Assembly: GCA_040954595.2 (NCBI GenBank)
Contig: CM082586.2
Coordinates: forward strand, 10,757,337-10,821,336
Direction: 5' to 3'
DNA length: 64,000 nt
From: Balanoglossus misakiensis
Lineage: Eukaryota > Animalia > Hemichordata
In this document: positions 11,901 to 26,900 of the stretch, piece by piece
Layout: the number at the start of each line of letters is the position of its first letter
How positions within the stretch are numbered: the stretch's first letter is position 1
The notes under the pieces: model-generated
Told to the model about the DNA's origin: nothing
Databases searched by the model: none
What the model saw: only the letters and a program-made list of their open reading frames with translations
Made by a program: the position numbers and the translations under genes

Positions 11901-14900
11901 ATTTCGTCGATTTTTGAAAAAAAAAATCATGGGTAAAAATCATCAAAAAATTACAAATTTTCGACTTTGCAAAATCTAAAAATTTTGTCGATTTTTGAAA
12001 AAAATCATGGGTGAAAATCATCAAAAAATGACAAATTTTCGTCTTTGCAAAATCTCAAAATTTCGTCCATTTTTGAATAAAAATCATGGGTGAAAATCAT
12101 CAAAAAATGACACATTTTCGACTTTGCAAAATCTAAAAATTTCGTCGATTTTTGAAAAAAATCATGGTTGAAAATCATCAAAAAATGACAAAATTTTCGA
12201 CTTTGTAAAATCACAAAATTTCGTCGATTTTGAAAAAAATCATAGGTTCGTCGATTTTTGAAAAAAATCATGGGTGAAAATCATCAAAAAATGACAAATT
12301 TTCGTCTTTGCAAAATCTCAAAATTTCGTCCATTTTTGAATAAAAATCATGGGTGAAAATCATCAAAAAATGACACATTTTCGACTTTGCAAAATCTAAA
12401 AATTTCGTCGATTTTTGAAAAAAATCATGGTTGAAAATCATCAAAAAATGACAAAATTTTCGACTTTGTAAAATCACAAAATTTCGTCGATTTTGAAAAA
12501 AATCATAGGTTCGTCGATTTCTAAAAAAAACATGGGTGAAAATCATCAAAAAATGACAAATTTTCGACTTTGCAAAATCTCAAAATTTCGTCGATTTTTG
12601 AAAAAAATCATGGGTGAAAATCATCAAAAAATGACAAATTTTCGACTTCGCAAAATCTCAAAATTTCGTCAATTTTTGAAAAAATCAGGGGTAAAAATCA
12701 TCAAAAAATGACAAATTTTCGTCTTTGCTAAATCTCAATATTTCGTCGGTTTTTGAAAAATAATATGGGTGAAAATCATCAAAAAATGACAAATTTTCGA
12801 CTTTGCAAAATCTCACAATTTCGTCGATTTTTGAAAAAAATCATGGGTGAAAATCATCAAAAAATGACAAATTATCGACTTTGCAAAATCTCAAAATTTC
12901 GTCGATTTTGAAAAAAACCATTGGGGGAAAATCATCAAAAAATGACAAATTATCGACTTTGCAAAATCTCAAAATTTCGTCCATTTTAAAAAAAAAACAT
13001 GGGGGAAAATCATCAAAAAATGACAAATTTTCGACTTTGCAAAATCTCACAATTTCGTCGATTTTTGAAAAAAATCATGGGTGAAAATCATCAAAAAATG
13101 ACAAATTATCGACTTTGCAAAATCTCAAAATTTCGTCGATTTTGAAAAAAAACCATTGGGGGAAAATCATCAAAAAATTACAAATTTTCGACTTTGCAAA
13201 ATCTCAACATTTCGTCGATTTTTGAAAAAAATCATGGGTGAAAATCATCAAAAAATGACAAATTTTCGACTTTGCAAAATCTCACAATTTCGTCGATTTT
13301 TGAAAAAAATCATGGGTGAAAATCATCAAAAAATGACAAATTTTCGACTTTGCAAATTCTCAAAATTTCGTCGATTTTAAAAAAAAACATGGGGGAAAAT
13401 CATCAAAAAATGACAAATTATCGACTTTGCACAATCTCACAATTTCGTCGATTTTTGAAAAAAATCATGGGTGAAAATCATCAAAAAATTACAAATTTTC
13501 GACTTTGCAAAATCTCAACATTTCGTCGATTTTTGAAAAAAATCATGGGTGAAAATCATCAAAAAATGACAAATTTTCGACTTTGCAAAATCTCACAATT
13601 TCGTCGATTTTTGAAAAAAATCATGGGTGAAAATCATCAAAAAATTACAAATTTTCGACTTTGCAAAACCTCAACATTTCGTCGATTTTTGAAAAAAATC
13701 ATGGGTGAAAATCATCAAAAAATTACAAATTTTCGACTTTGCAAAATCTCAAAATTTCGTCGATTTTTGAAAAAAAATCATGGGTGAAAATCATCAAAAA
13801 ATTACAAATTTTCGACTTTGCAAAATCTCAAAATTTTGTCGATTTTTGAAAAAAAATCATGGGTTCGTTGATTTTTGAAAAAAAACATGGTGAAAATCAT
13901 GAAAAAATTACAAATTTTCGAATTTGCAAAATCACAAAATTTCGTCGATTTTTGAAAAAAAAAAACATGGGTGAAAATCATCAAAAAATTACAAATTTTC
14001 GACTTTGCAAAATCTCAAAATTTCGTAAATTTTTGAAAAAAAGTCATGGGTGAAAATCATCAAAAAATTACAAATTTTCGTCTTTGCAAAATCTCAAAAT
14101 TTCGTCGATTTTTGAAAAAAAAAATCATGGGTAAAAATCATCAAAAAATTACAAATTTTCGACTTTGCAAAATCTAAAAATTTTGTCGATTTTTGAAAAA
14201 AATCATGGGTGAAAATCATCAAAAAATGACAAATTTTCGTCTTTGCAAAATCTCAAAATTTCGTCCATTTTTGAATAAAAATCATGGGTGAAAATCATCA
14301 AAAAATGACACATTTTCGACTTTGCAAAATCTAAAAATTTCGTCGATTTTTGAAAAAAATCATGGTTGAAAATCATCAAAAAATGACAAAATTTTCGACT
14401 TTGTAAAATCTCAAAATTTCGTCAATTTTTGAAAAAAAAATCGTGGGGGGGGGGGGGAAATCATCAAAAAAATGACAAATTTTCGACTTTGCAAAATTTT
14501 GAAAAATTCGTCGATTTTAAAAAAAAAAACATGGGTTCGTCCATTTTTGAAAAAAAAAACATGGGTGAAAATCATCAACAAATGACAAATGTTCAACTTT
14601 GCAAAATCTCAAAATTTCGTCGATTTTTGAAAAAAAAAATCGTGGGGGGGGGGGGGGGGAAATCATCAAAAAAATTACAAATTTTCGACTTAACAAAATT
14701 TTCAAAAATTCGTCGATTTTTGAAAAAAAAAACATGGGTTCGTCCATTTTTGAAAAATAAAAAAAAGGGTGAAAATCATCAACAAATGACAAATGTTCAA
14801 CTTTGCAAAATCTCAAAATATTGTCGATTTTTGAAAAAAAATCATGGGTTCGTTGATTTTTGAAAAAAAAACATGGGTGAAAATCATCAAAACATTACAA

Positions 14901-17900
14901 ATTTTCGTCTTTGCAAAATCTCAAAATTTCGTCGATTTTTGAAAAAAAAAATCATGGGTAAAAATCATCAAAAAAATACAAATTTTCGACTTTGCAAAAT
15001 CTAAAAATTTTGTCGATTTTTGAAAAAAATCATGGGTGAAAATCATCAAAAAATGACAAATTTTCGACTTTGCAAAATCTCAAAATTTCGTAGATTTTTG
15101 AAAAAAAATCATGGGTTCGTTGATTTTTGAAAAAAAAACATGGGTGAAAATCATCAAAAAATTACAAATTTTCGAATTTGCAAAATCTCAAAATTTCGTC
15201 GATTTTTGAAAAAAAAACATGGGTGAAAATCATCAAAAAATGACAAATTTTCGACTTTGCAAAATCTCAAAATTTCGTAAATTTTTGAAAAAAAGTCATG
15301 GGTGAAAATCATAAAAAAATTACAAATTTTCGTCTTTGCAAAATCTCAAAATTTCGTCGATTTTTGAAAAAAAAAAATCATGGGTAAAAATCATCAAAAA
15401 ATGACAAATTTTCGACTTTGCAAAATCTCAAAATTTCGTAAATTTTTGAAAAAAAGTCATGGGTGAAAATCATAAAAAAATTACAAATTTTCGTCTTTGC
15501 AAAATCTCAAAATTTCGTCGATTTTTGAAAAAAAAAATCATGGGTAAAAATCATCAAAAAATTACAAATTTTCGACTTTGCAAAATCTAAAAATTTTGTC
15601 GATTTTTGAAAAAAATCATGGGTGAAAATCATCAAAAAATGACAAATTTTCGACTTTGCAAAATCTCAAAATTTCGTCGATTTTTGAAAAAAATCATGGG
15701 TTCGTTCAATTTTGAAAAAAAAACATGGGTGAAAATCATCAAAAAATTACAAATTTTCGACTTTGCAAAATCTCAAAATTTTGTCGATTTTTGAAAAAAA
15801 ATCATGGGTGAAAATCATTAATAAATGACAAATTTTCGACTTTGCAAAATCTCAAAATTTCGTCGATTTTTGAAAAAAAATCATGGGTGAAAATCATCAA
15901 AAAATTACAAATTTTCGACTTTGCAAAATCTCAAAATTTCGTCGATTTTTGAGAAAAATCATGGGTGAAAATCATCAAAAAATGACAAATTTTCGACTTT
16001 GCAAAATCTCAAAATTTTGTCGATTTTTGAAAAAAAATCATGGGTTCGTTGATTTTTGAAAAAAAACATGGGTGAAAATCATCAAAAAATTACAAATTTT
16101 CGAATTTGCAAAATCTCAAAATTTCGTCGATTTTGGAAAAAAAAACATGGGTGAAAATCATCAAAAAATTACAAATTTTCGACTTTGCAAAATCTCAAAA
16201 TTTCGTAGATTTTGGAAAAAAAAATCATGGGTTCGTCCATTTTTGAAAAAAAAAACATGGGTGAAAATCATCAACAAATGACAAATGTTCAACTTTGCAA
16301 AATCTCAAAATTTCGTCGATTTTTGAAAAAAAAAATCGTGGGGGGGGGGGGGGAAATCATCAAAAAAATTACAAATTTTTTACTTAACAAAATTTTCAAA
16401 AATTCGTCGATTTTTGAAAAAAAAAAACATGGGTTCGTCCATTTTTGAAAAATAAAAAAAAGGGTGAAAATCATCAACAAATGACAAATGTTCAACTTTG
16501 CAAAATCTCAAAATATTGTCGATTTTTGAAAAAAAATCATGGGTTCGTTGATTTTTGAAAAAAAAACATGGGTGAAAATCATCAAAACATTACAAATTTT
16601 CGTCTTTGCAAAATCTCAAAATTTCGTCGATTTTTGAAAAAAAAAATCATGGGTAAAAATCATCAAAAAAATACAAATTTTCGACTTTGCAAAATCTAAA
16701 AATTTTGTCGATTTTTGAAAAAAATCATGGGTGAAAATCATCAAAAAATGACAAATTTTCGACTTTGCAAAATCTCAAAATTTCGTAGATTTTTGAAAAA
16801 AAATCATGGGTTCGTTGATTTTTGAAAAAAAAACATGGGTGAAAATCATCAAAAAATTACAAATTTTCGAATTTGCAAAATCTCAAAATTTCGTCGATTT
16901 TTGAAAAAAAAACATGGGTGAAAATCATCAAAAAATGACAAATTTTCGACTTTGCAAAATCTCAAAATTTCGTAAATTTTTGAAAAAAAGTCATGGGTGA
17001 AAATCATAAAAAAATTACAAATTTTCGTCTTTGCAAAATCTCAAAATTTCGTCGATTTTTGAAAAAAAAAATCATGGGTAAAAATCATCAAAAAATGACA
17101 AATTTTCGACTTTGCAAAATCTCAAAATTTCGTAAATTTTTGAAAAAAAGTCATGGGTGAAAATCATAAAAAAATTACAAATTTTCGTCTTTGCAAAATC
17201 TCAAAATTTCGTCGATTTTTGAAAAAAAAAATCATGGGTAAAAATCATCAAAAAATTACAAATTTTCGACTTTGCAAAATCTAAAAATTTTGTCGATTTT
17301 TGAAAAAAATCATGGGTGAAAATCATCAAAAAATGACAAATTTTCGACTTTGCAAAATCTCAAAATTTCGTCGATTTTTGAAAAAAATCATGGGTTCGTT
17401 CAATTTTGAAAAAAAAACATGGGTGAAAATCATCAAAAAATTACAAATTTTCGACTTTGCAAAATCTCAAAATTTTGTCGATTTTTGAAAAAAAATCATG
17501 GGTGAAAATCATTAATAAATGACAAATTTTCGACTTTGCAAAATCTCAAAATTTCGTCGATTTTTGAAAAAAAATCATGGGTGAAAATCATCAAAAAATT
17601 ACAAATTTTCGACTTTGCAAAATCTCAAAATTTCGTCGATTTTTGAGAAAAATCATGGGTGAAAATCATCAAAAAATGACAAATTTTCGACTTTGCAAAA
17701 TCTCAAAATTTTGTCGATTTTTGAAAAAAAATCATGGGTTCGTTGATTTTTGAAAAAAAACATGGGTGAAAATCATCAAAAAATTACAAATTTTCGAATT
17801 TGCAAAATCTCAAAATTTCGTCGATTTTGGAAAAAAAAACATGGGTGAAAATCATCAAAAAATTACAAATTTTCGACTTTGCAAAATCTCAAAATTTCGT

Positions 17901-20900
17901 AGATTTTGGAAAAAAAAATCATGGGTTCGTCCATTTTTGAAAAAAAAAACATGGGTGAAAATCATCAACAAATGACAAATGTTCAACTTTGCAAAATCTC
18001 AAAATTTCGTCGATTTTTGAAAAAAAAAATCGTGGGGGGGGGGGGGGGAAATCATCAAAAAAATTACAAATTTTCGACTTAACAAAATTTTCAAAAATTC
18101 GTCGATTTTTGAAAAAAAAAAACATGGGTTCGTCCATTTTTGAAAAATAAAAAAAAGGGTGAAAATCATCAACAAATGACAAATGTTCAACTTTGCAAAA
18201 TCTCAAAATATTGTCGATTTTTGAAAAAAAATCATGGGTTCGTTGATTTTTGAAAAAAAAACATGGGTGAAAATCATCAAAACATTACAAATTTTCGTCT
18301 TTGCAAAATCTCAAAATTTCGTCGATTTTTGAAAAAAAAAATCATGGGTAAAAATCATCAAAAAAATACAAATTTTCGACTTTGCAAAATCTAAAAATTT
18401 TGTCGATTTTTGAAAAAAATCATGGGTGAAAATCATCAAAAAATGACAAATTTTCGACTTTGCAAAATCTCAAAATTTCGTAGATTTTTGAAAAAAAATC
18501 ATGGGTTCGTTGATTTTTGAAAAAAAAACATGGGTGAAAATCATCAAAAAATTACAAATTTTCGAATTTGCAAAATCTCAAAATTTCGTCGATTTTTGAA
18601 AAAAAAACATGGGTGAAAATCATCAAAAAATGACAAATTTTCGACTTTGCAAAATCTCAAAATTTCGTAAATTTTTGAAAAAAAGTCATGGGTGAAAATC
18701 ATAAAAAAATTACAAATTTTCGTCTTTGCAAAATCTCAAAATTTCGTCGATTTTTGAAAAAAAAAATCATGGGTAAAAATCATCAAAAAATTACAAATTT
18801 TCGACTTTGCAAAATCTAAAAATTTTGTCGATTTTTGAAAAAAATCATGGGTGAAAATCATCAAAAAATGACAAATTTTCGACTTTGCAAAATCTCAAAA
18901 TTTCGTCGATTTTTGAAAAAAATCATGGGTTCGTTCAATTTTGAAAAAAAAACATGGGTGAAAATCATCAAAAAATTACAAATTTTCGACTTTGCAAAAT
19001 CTCAAAATTTTGTCGATTTTTGAAAAAAAATCATGGGTGAAAATCATTAATAAATGACAAATTTTCGACTTTGCAAAATCTCAAAATTTCGTCGATTTTT
19101 GAAAAAAAATCATGGGTGAAAATCATCAAAAAATGACAAAATTTTCGACTTTGTAAAATCTCAAAATTTCGTCAATTTTTGAAAAAAAAATCGTGGGGGG
19201 GGGGGGAAATCATCAAAAAAATGACAAATTTTCGACTTTGCAAAATTTTGAAAAATTCGTCGATTTTAAAAAAAAAACATGGGTTCGTCCATTTTTGAAA
19301 AAAAAAACATGGGTGAAAATCATCAACAAATGACAAATGTTCAACTTTGCAAAATCTCAAAATTTCGTCGATTTTTGAAAAAAAAAATCGTGGGGGGGGG
19401 GGGAAATCATCAAAAAAATTACAAATTTTCGACTTAACAAAATTTTCAAAAATTCGTCGATTTTTGAAAAAAAAAAACATGGGTTCGTCCATTTTTGAAA
19501 AATAAAAAAAAGGGTGAAAATCATCAACAAATGACAAATGTTCAACTTTGCAAAATCTCAAAATATTGTCGATTTTTGAAAAAAAATCATGGGTTCGTTG
19601 ATTTTTGAAAAAAAAACATGGGTGAAAATCATCAAAACATTACAAATTTTCGTCTTTGCAAAATCTCAAAATTTCGTCGATTTTTGAAAAAAAAAATCAT
19701 GGGTAAAAATCATCAAAAAAATACAAATTTTCGACTTTGCAAAATCTAAAAATTTTGTCGATTTTTGAAAAAAATCATGGGTGAAAATCATCAAAAAATG
19801 ACAAATTTTCGACTTTGCAAAATCTCAAAATTTCGTAGATTTTTGAAAAAAAATCATGGGTTCGTTGATTTTTGAAAAAAAAACATGGGTGAAAATCATC
19901 AAAAAATTACAAATTTTCGAATTTGCAAAATCTCAAAATTTCGTCGATTTTTGAAAAAAAAACATGGGTGAAAATCATCAAAAAATGACAAATTTTCGAC
20001 TTTGCAAAATCTCAAAATTTCGTAAATTTTTGAAAAAAAGTCATGGGTGAAAATCATAAAAAAATTACAAATTTTCGTCTTTGCAAAATCTCAAAATTTC
20101 GTCGATTTTTGAAAAAAAAAATCATGGGTAAAAATCATCAAAAAATGACAAATTTTCGACTTTGCAAAATCTCAAAATTTCGTCGATTTTTGAAAAAAAT
20201 CATGGGTTCGTTCAATTTTGAAAAAAAAACATGGGTGAAAATCATCAAAAAATTACAAATTTTCGACTTTGCAAAATCTCAAAATTTTGTCGATTTTTGA
20301 AAAAAAATCATGGGTGAAAATCATTAATAAATGACAAATTTTCGACTTTGCAAAATCTCAAAATTTCGTCGATTTTTGAAAAAAAATCATGGGTGAAAAT
20401 CATCAAAAAATTACAAATTTTCGACTTTGCAAAATCTCAAAATTTCGTCGATTTTTGAGAAAAATCATGGGTGAAAATCATCAAAAAATGACAAATTTTC
20501 GACTTTGCAAAATCTCAAAATTTTGTCGATTTTTGAAAAAAAATCATGGGTTCGTTGATTTTTGAAAAAAAACATGGGTGAAAATCATCAACAAATGACA
20601 AATGTTCAACTTTGCAAAATCTCAAAATTTCGTCGATTTTTGAAAAAAAAAATCGTGGGGGGGGGGGGGAAATCATCAAAAAAATTACAAATTTTCGACT
20701 TAACAAAATTTTCAAAAATTCGTCGATTTTTGAAAAAAAAAAACATGGGTTCGTCCATTTTTGAAAAATAAAAAAAAGGGTGAAAATCATCAACAAATGA
20801 CAAATGTTCAACTTTGCAAAATCTCAAAATATTGTCGATTTTTGAAAAAAAATCATGGGTTCGTTGATTTTTGAAAAAAAAACATGGGTGAAAATCATCA

Positions 20901-23900
20901 AAACATTACAAATTTTCGTCTTTGCAAAATCTCAAAATTTCGTCGATTTTTGAAAAAAAAAATCATGGGTAAAAATCATCAAAAAAATACAAATTTTCGA
21001 CTTTGCAAAATCTAAAAATTTTGTCGATTTTTGAAAAAAATCATGGGTGAAAATCATCAAAAAATGACAAATTTTCGACTTTGCAAAATCTCAAAATTTC
21101 GTAGATTTTTGAAAAAAAATCATGGGTTCGTTGATTTTTGAAAAAAAAACATGGGTGAAAATCATCAAAAAATTACAAATTTTCGAATTTGCAAAATCTC
21201 AAAATTTCGTCGATTTTTGAAAAAAAAACATGGGTGAAAATCATCAAAAAATGACAAATTTTCGACTTTGCAAAATCTCAAAATTTCGTAAATTTTTGAA
21301 AAAAAGTCATGGGTGAAAATCATAAAAAAATTACAAATTTTCGTCTTTGCAAAATCTCAAAATTTCGTCGATTTTTGAAAAAAAAAATCATGGGTAAAAA
21401 TCATCAAAAAATTACAAATTTTCGACTTTGCAAAATCTAAAAATTTTGTCGATTTTTGAAAAAAATCATGGGTGAAAATCATCAAAAAATGACAAATTTT
21501 CGACTTTGCAAAATCTCAAAATTTCGTCGATTTTTGAAAAAAATCATGGGTTCGTTCAATTTTGAAAAAAAAACATGGGTGAAAATCATCAAAAAATTAC
21601 AAATTTTCGACTTTGCAAAATCTCAAAATTTTGTCGATTTTTGAAAAAAAATCATGGGTGAAAATCATTAATAAATGACAAATTTTCGACTTTGCAAAAT
21701 CTCAAAATTTCGTCGATTTTTGAAAAAAAATCATGGGTGAAAATCATCAAAAAATTACAAATTTTCGACTTTGCAAAATCTCAAAATTTCGTCGATTTTT
21801 GAGAAAAATCATGGGTGAAAATCATCAAAAAATGACAAATTTTCGACTTTGCAAAATCTCAAAATTTTGTCGATTTTTGAAAAAAAATCATGGGTTCGTT
21901 GATTTTTGAAAAAAAACATGGGTGAAAATCATCAAAAAATTACAAATTTTCGAATTTGCAAAATCTCAAAATTTCGTCGATTTTGGAAAAAAAAACATGG
22001 GTGAAAATCATCAAAAAATTACAAATTTTCGACTTTGCAAAATCTCAAAATTTCGTAGATTTTGGAAAAAAAAATCATGGGTTCGTCCATTTTTGAAAAA
22101 AAAAACATGGGTGAAAATCATCAACAAATGACAAATGTTCAACTTTGCAAAATCTCAAAATTTCGTCGATTTTTGAAAAAAAAAATCGTGGGGGGGGGGG
22201 GGAAATCATCAAAAAAATTACAAATTTTCGACTTAACAAAATTTTCAAAAATTCGTCGATTTTTGAAAAAAAAAAACATGGGTTCGTCCATTTTTGAAAA
22301 ATAAAAAAAAGGGTGAAAATCATCAACAAATGACAAATGTTCAACTTTGCAAAATCTCAAAATATTGTCGATTTTTGAAAAAAAATCATGGGTTCGTTGA
22401 TTTTTGAAAAAAAAACATGGGTGAAAATCATCAAAACATTACAAATTTTCGTCTTTGCAAAATCTCAAAATTTCGTCGATTTTTGAAAAAAAAAATCATG
22501 GGTAAAAATCATCAAAAAAATACAAATTTTCGACTTTGCAAAATCTAAAAATTTTGTCGATTTTTGAAAAAAATCATGGGTGAAAATCATCAAAAAATGA
22601 CAAATTTTCGACTTTGCAAAATCTCAAAATTTCGTAGATTTTTGAAAAAAAATCATGGGTTCGTTGATTTTTGAAAAAAAAACATGGGTGAAAATCATCA
22701 AAAAATTACAAATTTTCGAATTTGCAAAATCTCAAAATTTCGTCGATTTTTGAAAAAAAACATGGGTGAAAATCATCAAAAAATGACAAATTTTCGACTT
22801 TGCAAAATCTCAAAATTTCGTAAATTTTTGAAAAAAAGTCATGGGTGAAAATCATAAAAAAATTACAAATTTTCGTCTTTGCAAAATCTCAAAATTTCGT
22901 CGATTTTTGAAAAAAAAAATCATGGGTAAAAATCATCAAAAAATTACAAATTTTCGACTTTGCAAAATCTAAAAATTTTGTCGATTTTTGAAAAAAATCA
23001 TGGGTGAAAATCATCAAAAAATGACAAATTTTCGACTTTGCAAAATCTCAAAATTTCGTCGATTTTTGAAAAAAATCATGGGTTCGTTCAATTTTGAAAA
23101 AAAAACATGGGTGAAAATCATCAAAAAATTACAAATTTTCGACTTTGCAAAATCTCAAAATTTTGTCGATTTTTGAAAAAAAATCATGGGTGAAAATCAT
23201 TAATAAATGACAAATTTTCGACTTTGCAAAATCTCAAAATTTCGTCGATTTTTGAAAAAAAATCATGGGTGAAAATCATCAAAAAATTACAAATTTTCGA
23301 CTTTGCAAAATCTCAAAATTTCGTCGATTTTTGAGAAAAATCATGGGTGAAAATCATCAAAAAATGACAAATTTTCGACTTTGCAAAATCTCAAAATTTC
23401 GTCGATTTTTGAAAAAAAAAATCATGGGTAAAAATCATCAAAAAATTACAAATTTTCGACTTTGCAAAATCTAAAAATTTTGTCGATTTTTGAAAAAAAT
23501 CATGGGTGAAAATCATCAAAAAATGACAAATTTTCGTCTTTGCAAAATCTCAAAATTTCGTCCATTTTTGAATAAAAATCATGGGTGAAAATCATCAAAA
23601 AATGACACATTTTCGACTTTGCAAAATCTAAAAATTTCGTCGATTTTTGAAAAAAATCATGGTTGAAAATCATCAAAAAATGACAAAATTTTCGACTTTG
23701 TAAAATCACAAAATTTCGTCGATTTTGAAAAAAATCATAGGTTCGTCGATTTTTGAAAAAAATCATGGGTGAAAATCATCAAAAAATGACAAATTTTCGT
23801 CTTTGCAAAATCTCAAAATTTCGTCCATTTTTGAATAAAAATCATGGGTGAAAATCATCAAAAAATGACACATTTTCGACTTTGCAAAATCTAAAAATTT

Positions 23901-26900
23901 CGTCGATTTTTGAAAAAAATCATGGTTGAAAATCATCAAAAAATGACAAAATTTTCGACTTTGTAAAATCACAAAATTTCGTCGATTTTGAAAAAAATCA
24001 TAGGTTCGTCGATTTCTAAAAAAAAACATGGGTGAAAATCATCAAAAAATGACAAATTTTCGACTTTGCAAAATCTCAAAATTTCGTCGATTTTTGAAAA
24101 AAATCATGGGTGAAAATCATCAAAAAATGACAAATTTTCGACTTCGCAAAATCTCAAAATTTCGTCAATTTTTGAAAAAATCAGGGGTAAAAATCATCAA
24201 AAAATGACAAATTTTCGTCTTTGCTAAATCTCAATATTTCGTCGGTTTTTGAAAAATAATATGGGTGAAAATCATCAAAAAATGACAAATTTTCGACTTT
24301 GCAAAATCTCACAATTTCGTCGATTTTTGAAAAAAATCATGGGTGAAAATCATCAAAAAATGACAAATTATCGACTTTGCAAAATCTCAAAATTTCGTCG
24401 ATTTTGAAAAAAACCATTGGGGGAAAATCATCAAAAAATGACAAATTATCGACTTTGCAAAATCTCAAAATTTCGTCCATTTTAAAAAAAAAACATGGGG
24501 GAAAATCATCAAAAAATGACAAATTTTCGACTTTGCAAAATCTCACAATTTCGTCGATTTTTGAAAAAAATCATGGGTGAAAATCATCAAAAAATGACAA
24601 ATTATCGACTTTGCAAAATCTCAAAATTTCGTCGATTTTGAAAAAAACCATTGGGGGAAAATCATCAAAAAATTACAAATTTTCGACTTTGCAAAATCTC
24701 AACATTTCGTCGATTTTTGAAAAAAATCATGGGTGAAAATCATCAAAAAATGACAAATTTTCGACTTTGCAAAATCTCACAATTTCGTCGATTTTTGAAA
24801 AAAATCATGGGTGAAAATCATCAAAAAATGACAAATTTTCGACTTTGCAAATTCTCAAAATTTCGTCGATTTTAAAAAAAAACATGGGGGAAAATCATCA
24901 AAAAATGACAAATTATCGACTTTGCACAATCTCACAATTTCGTCGATTTTTGAAAAAAATCATGGGTGAAAATCATCAAAAAATTACAAATTTTCGACTT
25001 TGCAAAATCTCAACATTTCGTCGATTTTTGAAAAAAATCATGGGTGAAAATCATCAAAAAATGACAAATTTTCGACTTTGCAAAATCTCACAATTTCGTC
25101 GATTTTTGAAAAAAATCATGGGTGAAAATCATCAAAAAATTACAAATTTTCGACTTTGCAAAATCTCAACATTTCGTCGATTTTTGAAAAAAATCATGGG
25201 TGAAAATCATCAAAAAATTACAAATTTTCGACTTTGCAAAATCTCAAAATTTCGTCGATTTTTGAAAAAAAATCATGGGTGAAAATCATCAAAAAATTAC
25301 AAATTTTCGACTTTGCAAAATCTCAAAATTTTGTCGATTTTTGAAAAAAAATCATGGGTTCGTTGATTTTTGAAAAAAAACATGGTGAAAATCATGAAAA
25401 AATTACAAATTTTCGAATTTGCAAAATCACAAAATTTCGTCGATTTTTGAAAAAAAAAAAACATGGGTGAAAATCATCAAAAAATTACAAATTTTCGACT
25501 TTGCAAAATCTCAAAATTTCGTAAATTTTTGAAAAAAAGTCATGGGTGAAAATCATCAAAAAATTACAAATTTTCGTCTTTGCAAAATCTCAAAATTTCG
25601 TCGATTTTTGAAAAAAAAAATCATGGGTAAAAATCATCAAAAAATTACAAATTTTCGACTTTGCAAAATCTAAAAATTTTGTCGATTTTTGAAAAAAATC
25701 ATGGGTGAAAATCATCAAAAAATGACAAATTTTCGTCTTTGCAAAATCTCAAAATTTCGTCCATTTTTGAATAAAAATCATGGGTGAAAATCATCAAAAA
25801 ATGACACATTTTCGACTTTGCAAAATCTAAAAATTTCGTCGATTTTTGAAAAAAATCATGGTTGAAAATCATCAAAAAATGACAAAATTTTCGACTTTGT
25901 AAAATCTCAAAATTTCGTCAATTTTTGAAAAAAAAATCGTGGGGGGGGGGGGAAATCATCAAAAAAATGACAAATTTTCGACTTTGCAAAATTTTGAAAA
26001 ATTCGTCGATTTTAAAAAAAAAACATGGGTTCGTCCATTTTTGAAAAAAAAAACATGGGTGAAAATCATCAACAAATGACAAATGTTCAACTTTGCAAAA
26101 TCTCAAAATTTCGTCGATTTTTGAAAAAAAAAATCGTGGGGGGGGGGGGGGGGGAAATCATCAAAAAAATTACAAATTTTCGACTTAACAAAATTTTCAA
26201 AAATTCGTCGATTTTTGAAAAAAAAAAACATGGGTTCGTCCATTTTTGAAAAATAAAAAAAAGGGTGAAAATCATCAACAAATGACAAATGTTCAACTTT
26301 GCAAAATCTCAAAATATTGTCGATTTTTGAAAAAAAATAATGGGTTCGTTGATTTTTGAAAAAAAAACATGGGTGAAAATCATCAAAACATTACAAATTT
26401 TCGTATTTGCAAAATCTCAAAATTTCGTCGATTTTTGAAAAAAAAAATCATGGGTAAAAATCATCAAAAAAATACAAATTTTCGACTTTGCAAAATCTAA
26501 AAATTTTGTCGATTTTTGAAAAAAATCATGGGTGAAAATCATCAAAAAATGACAAATTTTCGACTTTGCAAAATCTCAAAATTTCGTAGATTTTTGAAAA
26601 AAAATCATGGGTTCGTTGATTTTTGAAAAAAAAACATGGGTGAAAATCATCAAAAAATTACAAATTTTCGAATTTGCAAAATCTCAAAATTTCGTCGATT
26701 TTTGAAAAAAAAACATGGGTGAAAATCATCAAAAAATGACAAATTTTCGACTTTGCAAAATCTCAAAATTTCGTAAATTTTTGAAAAAAAGTCATGGGTG
26801 AAAATCATAAAAAAATTACAAATTTTCGTCTTTGCAAAATCTCAAAATTTCGTCGATTTTTGAAAAAAAAAATCATGGGTAAAAATCATCAAAAAATTAC

